Notes under the pieces: model-generated
What the model saw: the letters and a program-made list of their open reading frames with translations, nothing else
Told to the model about the DNA's origin: nothing
Databases searched by the model: none
Made by a program: the position numbers and the translations under genes
Shown: positions 1-6,215 of the stretch, one piece after another
Layout: each line of letters begins with the position of its first letter
Position numbering within the stretch: position 1 is the stretch's first letter
Source of the DNA: an uncultured virus (IMG/VR IMGVR_UViG_3300030451_003166)
Lineage: Duplodnaviria; Heunggongvirae; Uroviricota; Caudoviricetes; Crassvirales
IMG/VR virus record: IMGVR_UViG_3300030451_003166
Length of the DNA stretch: 20,000 bases
Direction: 5' to 3' (one strand)

Positions 1-746
1 TTAGCTTTATCTGTTATTTTTTGAGTAACAGTTTTATTTTTATTTTTTTCTGCTACTCTTTTTCTACGATCATATACTTTTTGAGCTTCATTATCTAACT
101 TAACAGTAGGGTTAAATTCAGGAGCTTTAACGCTTTTTAATTTTCTAGGTATATTTTTTGTCTTTAATTTTTTAATTCTCTTTTTCTTTAAAACTTTTGG
201 TTGTGCTGTCTTACCAATTTCTTTACCACCAGAGTAACGAGTAGTTTCTATAGTACGATCAGCTCTTTTAACAACCATATTCTGCACTGATTCACCTGAA
301 GTAGGATCAGTACCTACGTTTTTAATAGGTTTAACCCTGGTTGTACCGTCGGTATTTTTTATTTTTTGATCTTTTCTTCTTTTTTTCTGTTTTAATGGAG
401 ATTTTTTAGCTGATTTAGGTATTGGTTTTCCTTGTTTTTTCCAAATTGCCTTACCTTTCTCGTCTAGATCTTCATATCTAACCACATCTTCACGTTGTTT
501 TTTCAAAAACTTTATATCTTTTTTAGTATAACTTTTTGGAAAAGTTTTTTTCTGTTTTAACGGAGATTTTGGACAGTCACACTTGCTCATAGGCTTACCA
601 CAAGGACCCATTGCTAGTTTTTCTACTTTTTCAGCTTGCTCAGCATGCATTTTTGAAGCATTTTTAAGTTGACTTACAACTTTTTTTATAGTATTGTTCT
701 TAGGTGCTGTACCTGGGTATGAAAAACCCTTCATTTTAAATGCCAT
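1..746 (-). CDS. Lys-rich basic protein, FKMKG-YPG family (runs off the left edge)
   Basis: Not in the ORF track. Manual translation from ATG at 746: MAFKMKGFSYPGTAPKNNTIKK...KSPLKQKK...KSPLKQKK..., open to base 1. Confidence 0.85.
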   Translation of the reverse strand, partial: MAFKMKGFSYPGTAPKNNTIKKVVSQLKNASKMHAEQAEKVEKLAMGPCGKPMSKCDCPKSPLKQKKTFPKSYTKKDIKFLKKQREDVVRYEDLDEKGKAIWKKQGKPIPKSAKKSPLKQKKRRKDQKIKNTDGTTRVKPIKNVGTDPTSGESVQNMVVKRADRTIETTRYSGGKEIGKTAQPKVLKKKRIKKLKTKNIPRKLKSVKAPEFNPTVKLDNEAQKVYDRRKRVAEKNKNKTVTQKITDKA

Positions 747-757
747 ATATCTTGTTT

Positions 758-1246
758 TTATCTATTATATAACTCGTTCCTTGTTTTTTTACGCTTTTTC
801 TTGGTTTTTTTAGCCTCAACCGTATACATATCATCGTAAGGAGTCATATCACGTTTGATCCACTTAGCTTTTGCTAACCTTCTTGGATCTGATTTATGTT
901 TATTTTTAGTTCTATTGTTTCTAGCTGACTCAATTCTTCCTGTTTTGTCAAATTTTATTACAGATTTGTATCTACCACCGCTAAAAATTCCTTTATGCTC
1001 AGGATTACCAGACCCTCTTTTTGATTTTGTTACAACTTTTTTAAGAGTACCGTCACTTCTCCATTTTGATTTACTTCTCCAATGAGGTTTTCCTTTGTGC
1101 ATTTTAGCAGGACTTTCCTCTTTTTTGTTAATTATTACAGGTTGCACGTTAGCAGCATCTTCTTTTGCTTTTAAACCGTGCTTTGTACTAATTTGTTTAG
1201 TTGGAGATTTACCAGGGTAACCAAACCCTTTCATTTTAAAACTCAT
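758..1246 (-). CDS. Lys/Arg-rich basic protein, FKMKG-YPG family
   Basis: 162 aa; starts MSFKMKGFGYPGKSPTK and also contains SPAK. Confidence 0.85.
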   Translation of the reverse strand: MSFKMKGFGYPGKSPTKQISTKHGLKAKEDAANVQPVIINKKEESPAKMHKGKPHWRSKSKWRSDGTLKKVVTKSKRGSGNPEHKGIFSGGRYKSVIKFDKTGRIESARNNRTKNKHKSDPRRLAKAKWIKRDMTPYDDMYTVEAKKTKKKRKKTRNELYNR

Positions 1247-1782
1247 TACTTAGGATTTTTCTTAGCTTTTTCTTTTTTCTTTTTCATTTCCGCTAGCATC
1301 TTTTTATCTGCAGCTAATTCAGCTTCGTAATCTTCAACTTGTCCAGTATGTAGCGTGCCATCCGATGCTTGATAGTACTTTTTACCATCTTTATAAACTA
1401 TTTTACCTTTAGGCTTTTTTTCTGTTTTTTTGTTTTCAACTTTTTGTTTAGCTGGTGAAGACTTTCGTAATCTAGCTATTAAAGCTTTCTTTTTCTCTCT
1501 AAGTTCATTTGCCGTTAATTTACCTAGCTTAAAATCTCTGTGTAGTTTTCCAGCTTCTCTTTCGTACTCAGCATTATTACCACCAGTTACTGGATCAACC
1601 GCTCTTATTTGTTTTGGGTTTTCTTTTTGATCTGCTTTTATTCTACTGTTAGTAGTTGGTCCTTCGTTTTTTCTTTGCTTTACTGGTGAAACTAAATCAG
1701 ACTTCATCATGTCTCCTAGTTCTTTTAAAGCGGATCTATGTCCAGCTGTACCTTTTATTATTGATCTTTTTTGTTTATACAT
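1246..1782 (-). CDS. Lys-rich basic hypothetical protein with SPxK motifs
   Basis: 178 aa; SPVK and SPAK; its stop overlaps the next start by 1 bp. Confidence 0.8.
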   Translation of the reverse strand: MYKQKRSIIKGTAGHRSALKELGDMMKSDLVSPVKQRKNEGPTTNSRIKADQKENPKQIRAVDPVTGGNNAEYEREAGKLHRDFKLGKLTANELREKKKALIARLRKSSPAKQKVENKKTEKKPKGKIVYKDGKKYYQASDGTLHTGQVEDYEAELAADKKMLAEMKKKKEKAKKNPK

Positions 1783-1794
1783 GTTTATTTATTT

Positions 1795-2334
1795 TTAACA
1801 GTTCCATCTACGTCTAGCAGCTCGACCTCTTTCACCGGTCCAGCCTCTTGATCTAGCGCAAAATGATTTTCTACGATTAGCAGCTTTACTACCTTTTTTT
1901 AATTTTGAAGGTGGTGTTGTTACAGCTGTTTTTAATTTACTACCTGGATTTTTACGTTTGTACTCATCAACACCTTTTTGTGTCATACCACCACCTGCCG
2001 CAGCTCCTGTTCCAGTTGGTTTTGCTTTATTAAAGTTTTTACCAGGACCTATAGTTCTACGCACATCTGGTTTTTTTAACGGTGTTTCAAGTACAGCTTT
2101 GTCACCAGGAAAACTATAATCTTTACCTGGCTTCATTATTTTCTTTTTACCTGTTGTTAATCCTTCACCAACTATCTTACCCTTCTCAAGAGGTTTGCCA
2201 TCGTTTTCAGACATGCTAATCTTATTAGAAGGTATTATGTTTTGTTTGTTGTTTACATCTGGACTATCTTTTCTATATCCTGTATTTGTAACTTTCGTAC
2301 CAGGATAAGGAAAGCCTTTCATTTTAAATCCCAT
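1795..2334 (-). CDS. Basic protein, FKMKG-YPG family, with C-terminal RRKSFCAR...RRRWNC module
   Basis: 179 aa; starts MGFKMKGFPYPG. The C-terminal module resembles one I recall from aquatic phage hypothetical proteins. Confidence 0.85.
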   Translation of the reverse strand: MGFKMKGFPYPGTKVTNTGYRKDSPDVNNKQNIIPSNKISMSENDGKPLEKGKIVGEGLTTGKKKIMKPGKDYSFPGDKAVLETPLKKPDVRRTIGPGKNFNKAKPTGTGAAAGGGMTQKGVDEYKRKNPGSKLKTAVTTPPSKLKKGSKAANRRKSFCARSRGWTGERGRAARRRWNC

Positions 2335-2343
2335 ATTTATATA

Positions 2344-2715
2344 TTATGATACGTTGCTACTTGACGCTCTACGTCTACCCATACCAACTTTGTTTTTAGC
2401 TGCTACAACTTTACGTTTCTCGCCTTTACTCATTTCACTCCAGGTTTTAGGTGATTTGCTATTTACAGATCTTGAAGGTCTGCAAACTTTAGTTGATTGA
2501 TTCTTTTCAGAACCACACTCATTACCTTTGTTATCAGTCCACTTTTCTTTAAACCATCTTTTTAAATTAAGTCCAGCTTGTGTCTTTCTAACTTTAGCTG
2601 GAGAAGATTTACGACAACTACCTTTTGAACCAGGTGCCGTGCCAGGTACACGCTCGTAACCTTTCCAACAAGGAAGAGGACTATTCTTTTTAAATTTAGA
2701 CTTAATATCGTACAT
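2344..2715 (-). CDS. Basic protein with CWKGY and LKRWFKEKW modules
   Basis: 123 aa; the modules are preceded by SPLP and SPAK respectively. Confidence 0.8.
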   Translation of the reverse strand: MYDIKSKFKKNSPLPCWKGYERVPGTAPGSKGSCRKSSPAKVRKTQAGLNLKRWFKEKWTDNKGNECGSEKNQSTKVCRPSRSVNSKSPKTWSEMSKGEKRKVVAAKNKVGMGRRRASSSNVS

Positions 2716-3056
2716 TACTTTTTACCGCCTTTTTTCTTTCTACACTTAGCTATCATACCACTTGCGTATGCTGATGGAAATACTTTGTGAGCTGCCTTTG
2801 CTTTGTAATAACAGTCATCTTTTAATTTAGCAGGAGATGCAGCACCTTTCTTTGCGTGCGCTGCTGCGCCAGCTAAACCTAACGCACCTTTAGCTAAACC
2901 TGTTATAGAGTCCATGCCTTTTGATTTTGCTTTTTCTGATTTTTTTTGAGCGTCGACCTCGGATTGTTTTGCAGCATTTACTGCTTTGACTACGTCTGTA
3001 TCCATCTTCATTGGAGACTTACCTGGATATGCGTAACCTTTCATTTTGAATCCCAT
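2715..3056 (-). CDS. Basic protein, FKMKG-YPG family, with C-terminal FPSAYASG..AKCRK module
   Basis: 113 aa; starts MGFKMKGYAYPGKSPMK; first gene of the leftward operon. Confidence 0.85.
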   Translation of the reverse strand: MGFKMKGYAYPGKSPMKMDTDVVKAVNAAKQSEVDAQKKSEKAKSKGMDSITGLAKGALGLAGAAAHAKKGAASPAKLKDDCYYKAKAAHKVFPSAYASGMIAKCRKKKGGKK

Positions 3057-3088
3057 ACTGATTATTTTTAGATTACTATATATTCATA

Positions 3089-3115
3089 ATTATTACACGT
3101 AAAATATAGTATTTA
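3089..3115 (-). promoter_or_regulatory. Candidate promoter for the leftward operon (TAAA-N13-GTGTAATAAT)
   Basis: Lies 33 nt upstream of ATG 3056. Resembles TAAA-N14-GTGTGATTAT at 13248-13275. Confidence 0.3.
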
Positions 3116-3134
3116 CAATTGCATGTTTTAAAAG

Positions 3135-3181
3135 TGTGACAATAGCTTGTTACTAAGTATACTTATAAGGCTTATGTCACA
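3135..3181. promoter_or_regulatory. Inverted-repeat element copy A (TGTGACAATAGC...GGCTTATGTCACA)
   Basis: Arms at 3135-3147 and 3169-3181, with inner perfect palindrome TAAGTATACTTA at 3154-3165. A second copy is at 11211-11256. Confidence 0.65.
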
Positions 3182-3203
3182 AAAAAAAGTTGTTATAAAT
3201 TTT

Positions 3204-3279
3204 GGGGTGAAGTATTGCTCCCCCCTACTGCACCACCACCCCACCATGGAAAACGCATATTTTATGGCCACCCCCGGCC
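3204..3279. other. GC-rich C-tract island (candidate origin or genome end/packaging site)
   Basis: CCCCCC, CACCACCACCCCACC and GGCCACCCCCGGCC within otherwise very AT-rich intergenic DNA at the strand switch. Confidence 0.4.
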
Positions 3280-3290
3280 TCGTATTTATA

Positions 3291-3324
3291 TATATTATCA
3301 TTGTTTTGTCGTTTTTGTATTGTA
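3291..3324 (-). promoter_or_regulatory. Repeated promoter-like motif, leftward copy
   Basis: Minus strand reads TACAATACAAAAACGA-CAAAACAAT-GATAATATA (9-nt spacer). Confidence 0.65.
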
Positions 3325-3354
3325 AATTTATTTTTATTTATTACTAATTATTTT

Positions 3355-3388
3355 TACAACGTAAATACGAAGTTATGTTGATAATATA
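3355..3388 (+). promoter_or_regulatory. Repeated promoter-like motif copy 1
   Basis: TACAACGTAAATACGA-AGTTATGTT-GATAATATA. Confidence 0.75.
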
Positions 3389-3493
3389 TATGTAAAAAGA
3401 AACAAACAAAAATAAAATTAAATTGTAAACAGTGACAAAACGGCCAACAACATACAACTATAAAATAACTAATAAACAAAGTATCTACTTTTA

Positions 3494-3527
3494 TACAATG
3501 TAAATACGGCTAACAAAAGATAATATA
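3494..3527 (+). promoter_or_regulatory. Repeated promoter-like motif copy 2
   Basis: TACAATGTAAATACGG-CTAACAAAA-GATAATATA, upstream of ORF 3564. Confidence 0.75.
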
Positions 3528-3563
3528 ATAAAATAAATGTTTAACTAAATAAAAATAATAATT

Positions 3564-3800
3564 ATGAGTAAATTAAATGTAATTGAGTCTAAAAGATTCG
3601 TAGTAAGAAAATCCTTAATCGGTAAAAATCAAGTAATAGTATTCACAAATAAAAAAGGTGACGTTATTAAGTACAATCACGACAAAGTGTATGAAATTAT
3701 GAAGTCAAAACTAGAAAACATGCCATGTTGGAATAAGTACAAAAGTTACACAGCTACTAACAATATTCCGTTAGTGTGTAGAAATGTAGAAATACTATAA
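3564..3800 (+). CDS. Hypothetical early protein
   Basis: 78-aa ORF with an A-rich leader, downstream of a motif copy. Confidence 0.75.
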   Translation: MSKLNVIESKRFVVRKSLIGKNQVIVFTNKKGDVIKYNHDKVYEIMKSKLENMPCWNKYKSYTATNNIPLVCRNVEIL

Positions 3801-3809
3801 CAAAAAACT

Positions 3810-3970
3810 TAGTCATAAAAAACTGTGTGTGAAGTGCTGATTAGCACACAGTGACTAGACACCTAGTTGAGTGGCATTTAGGGTGTTCTAAAAAATGCGA
3901 ATGTACCATGTCGTTTGGTCGACAATAGTAGTCATGGTGTGCAATGTGAGTTCGATTCTCACACTACTAC
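3810..3970 (+). ncRNA. Candidate structured RNA ending in a tRNA-like acceptor/T-arm minihelix
   Basis: TAGTAGT (3926-32) pairs with ACTACTA (3963-69), giving 7 bp. GTGAG-TTCGATT-CTCAC (3946-62) forms a T-arm. Several further stems lie upstream. Confidence 0.6.
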
Positions 3971-3998
3971 TAATGTTTAACTAATAAAATATAATACT

Positions 3999-4271
3999 AT
4001 GTGGAAAAATGTAGATAAAACTAGACTTCACCGAGAAGCGTTAAAGCATGCTTGGTTTAATATGGACACTTCAAATTTACCTGAAGTAAAAACAATAACT
4101 GTCACTATGGATAAATATCCTGCTCGATTAGGTTATGGTACAGTAAAGATAGAAAGTGATGGACCAAATGGTTACTGTTCTTACACTTCAATAAGAGAAA
4201 ATCCTTTCTTATACTTAAGTGAAAACGAAAAGTTTTTATCAGGTGAATATGAACTAATAATCATAGAGTAA
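3999..4271 (+). CDS. Hypothetical early protein
   Basis: 90-aa ORF. Confidence 0.75.
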   Translation: MWKNVDKTRLHREALKHAWFNMDTSNLPEVKTITVTMDKYPARLGYGTVKIESDGPNGYCSYTSIRENPFLYLSENEKFLSGEYELIIIE

Positions 4272-4272
4272 T

Positions 4273-4365
4273 ATGTATATAGTAGAATTTATAATACACT
4301 TAACAGTAATTGGTAGTATTTGTGCTTATATGGAATACATAATAAATACGAATAAAGAAAGATAA
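4273..4365 (+). CDS. Small hydrophobic peptide (30 aa)
   Basis: Manual translation MYIVEFIIHLTVIGSICAYMEYIINTNKER; starts just after the previous stop. Confidence 0.5.
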   Translation: MYIVEFIIHLTVIGSICAYMEYIINTNKER

Positions 4366-4369
4366 TATA
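4336..4369 (+). promoter_or_regulatory. Repeated promoter-like motif copy 3
   Basis: TACATAATAAATACGA-ATAAAGAAA-GATAATATA. Confidence 0.75.
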
Positions 4370-4383
4370 ATAAACTAATAAAT

Positions 4384-4530
4384 ATGACTAAAGAATTTTA
4401 TAAATTAGCAGATTATTACGCTCACAAACTATTCAGTGAGTTCGGCTATGATACTTGTAAGTATGATGAGAGACAAATAATTTTAGAAATAGTATTAAAC
4501 AAAATAAATAAAAAAGATGAAGAAAATTAA
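4384..4530 (+). CDS. Hypothetical protein (48 aa)
   Basis: Manual translation MTKEFYKLADYYAHKLFSEFGYDTCKYDERQIILEIVLNKINKKDEEN. Confidence 0.6.
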   Translation: MTKEFYKLADYYAHKLFSEFGYDTCKYDERQIILEIVLNKINKKDEEN

Positions 4531-4831
4531 ATTATGTGTAGCAGGCTTGCTACTAAGCGGAATGAGTTATGGACAAAGTGTAAATGAGTATGGAGCAGAC
4601 TACCAACTAATGAGTTATTGTGACTCTGTAAAGGTCGAGCACTTCAATAAGTTTCAAGAAATAGAATATCGACTAATGGATTTAATAGATGCAGTGAGAA
4701 TGGATATGTACTACGGTAGAATTAGTCAAGACAATGGTGCTTACTATATCAATGAAATAGCTCAACTACAGTACGAGAACAAGCAATTAATGGCAACAAT
4801 TTTTGTAAACTTTCCAAACAATAGAAAATGA
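4517..4831 (+). CDS. Secreted or periplasmic protein with Sec signal peptide
   Basis: MKKIKLCVAGLLLSGMSYG|Q: basic N-region, hydrophobic core, Gln at +1 (Bacteroidota Q-rule). Confidence 0.75.
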   Translation: MKKIKLCVAGLLLSGMSYGQSVNEYGADYQLMSYCDSVKVEHFNKFQEIEYRLMDLIDAVRMDMYYGRISQDNGAYYINEIAQLQYENKQLMATIFVNFPNNRK

Positions 4832-5007
4832 AATATACACATACTACAATAAGTAAAGATGGTACAGAGAAAAGAGAATATACTATCGATAAAGAAAATA
4901 ATGTAACAGAAAAGATAACGTTTAACCATGATTTGATAGAGTTTGACAAGTGGTTTGCTAAGTTAGAAGAAGAATATAATGAAGAACAAGCAAACAAATA
5001 CTATTAA
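4828..5007 (+). CDS. Hypothetical protein (59 aa)
   Basis: Manual translation MKYTHTTISKDGTEKREY...EEQANKYY; ATGA overlap with the previous gene. Confidence 0.65.
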   Translation: MKYTHTTISKDGTEKREYTIDKENNVTEKITFNHDLIEFDKWFAKLEEEYNEEQANKYY

Positions 5008-5040
5008 ACAATATAAATACGAATCACTAAAGATAATATA
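5007..5040 (+). promoter_or_regulatory. Repeated promoter-like motif copy 4
   Basis: AACAATATAAATACGA-ATCACTAAA-GATAATATA; ATG at 5044. Confidence 0.75.
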
Positions 5041-5043
5041 AAC

Positions 5044-5307
5044 ATGAAAATAACATTGACAAAATATAAAGGCAACACAGTGTACTCACTATATGTAGAA
5101 AAATACGGTGAACAACATCACTTAGGCTACATAAATGCCAAAGAACTAGACGAGTTACTTCCAAAAGATGTAGAGCAGAAGTATGAAGAAATCAAAAAAC
5201 CGTGTCCTGAAGCGCAAAAACTAGCAGCTTGTATCGGTGCAATGATAAAAGCAGACAAGACTTACTTTACAGATAGTATGGGTAATCATAGAGACGGACT
5301 AGACTAA
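5044..5307 (+). CDS. Hypothetical early protein
   Basis: 87-aa ORF immediately after a motif copy. Confidence 0.75.
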   Translation: MKITLTKYKGNTVYSLYVEKYGEQHHLGYINAKELDELLPKDVEQKYEEIKKPCPEAQKLAACIGAMIKADKTYFTDSMGNHRDGLD

Positions 5308-5375
5308 TGGCAGGGTGGGTAGTGTTTGCCGCTATAGTAATGTGGCTGATTAGACAAATTAGAGAATATGAGTGA
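5307..5375 (+). CDS. Small membrane peptide (22 aa)
   Basis: MAGWVVFAAIVMWLIRQIREYE; coupled by TAATG upstream and TGATG downstream. Confidence 0.6.
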   Translation: MAGWVVFAAIVMWLIRQIREYE

Positions 5376-5536
5376 TGAAACTAAGTAATAAGCAGAAGAG
5401 TAAGATAAGACGAGAGGTAGATTTAGAGTTAGGTAATTTACCTTACAAACAGAAAATACATAAAAACAAGAAAAGATATGATAGAAAAAAGTATAAAAAT
5501 ATTGACAGGCGTAATAGTAACGGTGATAATGTCTAG
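5375..5536 (+). CDS. Small basic protein (53 aa), ArfA/BrfA-like basic motif
   Basis: MKLSNKQKSKIRREVDLELGNLPYKQKIHKNKKRYDRKKYKNIDRRNSNGDNV. Confidence 0.55.
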   Translation: MKLSNKQKSKIRREVDLELGNLPYKQKIHKNKKRYDRKKYKNIDRRNSNGDNV

Positions 5537-5645
5537 TTGTGCTACTCAAACTGTAGAGTTTTCACACCCACTAGACATGGAATTAACACAAGAAGAGTGG
5601 TATGATGAGCAAATTGACTGCGAAAACTGTGATGAAATTGACTAA
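5478..5645 (+). CDS. Small lipoprotein (55 aa)
   Basis: MIEKSIKILTGVIVTVIMSS|CATQ...; lipobox-like MSSC and an acidic tail with CxxC. Confidence 0.6.
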   Translation: MIEKSIKILTGVIVTVIMSSCATQTVEFSHPLDMELTQEEWYDEQIDCENCDEID

Positions 5646-5646
5646 T

Positions 5647-5680
5647 TACAAAACAAATACGACAATAGCAAGATAATATA
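5647..5680 (+). promoter_or_regulatory. Repeated promoter-like motif copy 5
   Basis: TACAAAACAAATACGA-CAATAGCAA-GATAATATA. Confidence 0.75.
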
Positions 5681-5706
5681 TACGTAAAACATAAAAATAA
5701 ACATAT

Positions 5707-5898
5707 ATGAACACAATTAAACACTTAAAAAACGACTACATTAAAGTAAACAACATAGTATACAAACCATATACGCTACATGAGTTACCAGCTAACTTCG
5801 GTTGTATTGGTTGGCAACGCGACCCTGATGGTAATATTACCAAAGAAGGTATTAGCGAGTGGATAAAGTACAAAGGTTATGTTTATATTGCAGAGTAA
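5707..5898 (+). CDS. Hypothetical early protein
   Basis: 63-aa ORF after a motif copy. Confidence 0.7.
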   Translation: MNTIKHLKNDYIKVNNIVYKPYTLHELPANFGCIGWQRDPDGNITKEGISEWIKYKGYVYIAE

Positions 5899-6107
5899 TG
5901 AAGTGTAAATGTGGAAATATAATACCTGAAGGCAGAGTTAATCTTGGTTACAAAGTTTGTGTAGACTGCTCCTCCACCGAGCGATACGGGTGTGTACCTA
6001 TCACCTATCACAAGACCGGTAATTCCATACAGATTATGTCAAGCAGTGACGCGGCTAAAATAGCCAAGATGACTCGCCGAAAAGGTTATGGAACAATGTT
6101 AGGATAA
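5898..6107 (+). CDS. DksA/TraR-like C4 zinc-finger protein
   Basis: Likely start at the TAATG overlap (5898): MKCKCGNIIPEGRVNLGYKVCVDC, matching the CGxxIPxxR...CVxC pattern. Confidence 0.6.
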   Translation: MKCKCGNIIPEGRVNLGYKVCVDCSSTERYGCVPITYHKTGNSIQIMSSSDAAKIAKMTRRKGYGTMLG

Positions 6108-6110
6108 TAT

Positions 6111-6174
6111 ACGAGGGTAAGATAAGGTGGAATTGGCCCGACCAGTAGGTAACGAACACCCTTATCCTCGTTTT
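6111..6174 (+). other. Intergenic stem-loop (terminator or small structured RNA)
   Basis: ACGAGGGTAAG (6111-21) pairs with CTTATCCTCGT (6161-71); inner GGTG/CACC; followed by T residues. Confidence 0.55.
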
Positions 6175-6178
6175 CCAA

Positions 6179-6212
6179 CATAAACTAAATACGATAATAG
6201 TAAGATAATATA
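6179..6212 (+). promoter_or_regulatory. Repeated promoter-like motif copy 6
   Basis: CATAAACTAAATACGA-TAATAGTAA-GATAATATA; ATG at 6216. Confidence 0.75.
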
Positions 6213-6215
6213 AAT

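Noticed and set aside
855..1630. Plus-strand ORFs 855..1085 and 1430..1630
   Set aside because: Antisense shadows of Lys-rich genes; the F/L richness comes from poly-T.
3135..3181. CRP site (TGTGA-N6-TCACA)
   Set aside because: The half-sites are about 36-37 nt apart, not 6.
3147..3347. 66-aa plus-strand ORF
   Set aside because: TTG start, runs through the inverted repeat, GC island and a promoter-like motif, and has atypical composition.
3926..3973. Complete tRNA gene
   Set aside because: Only 13 nt separate the acceptor 5' strand from the T-arm, so there is no D arm or anticodon arm, and no CCA is encoded.
3536..3984. AATGTTTAACTAA repeated at 3536-3548 and 3972-3984
   Set aside because: Both lie about 15 nt before an ATG and are AT-rich, so they are most simply translation-initiation context.
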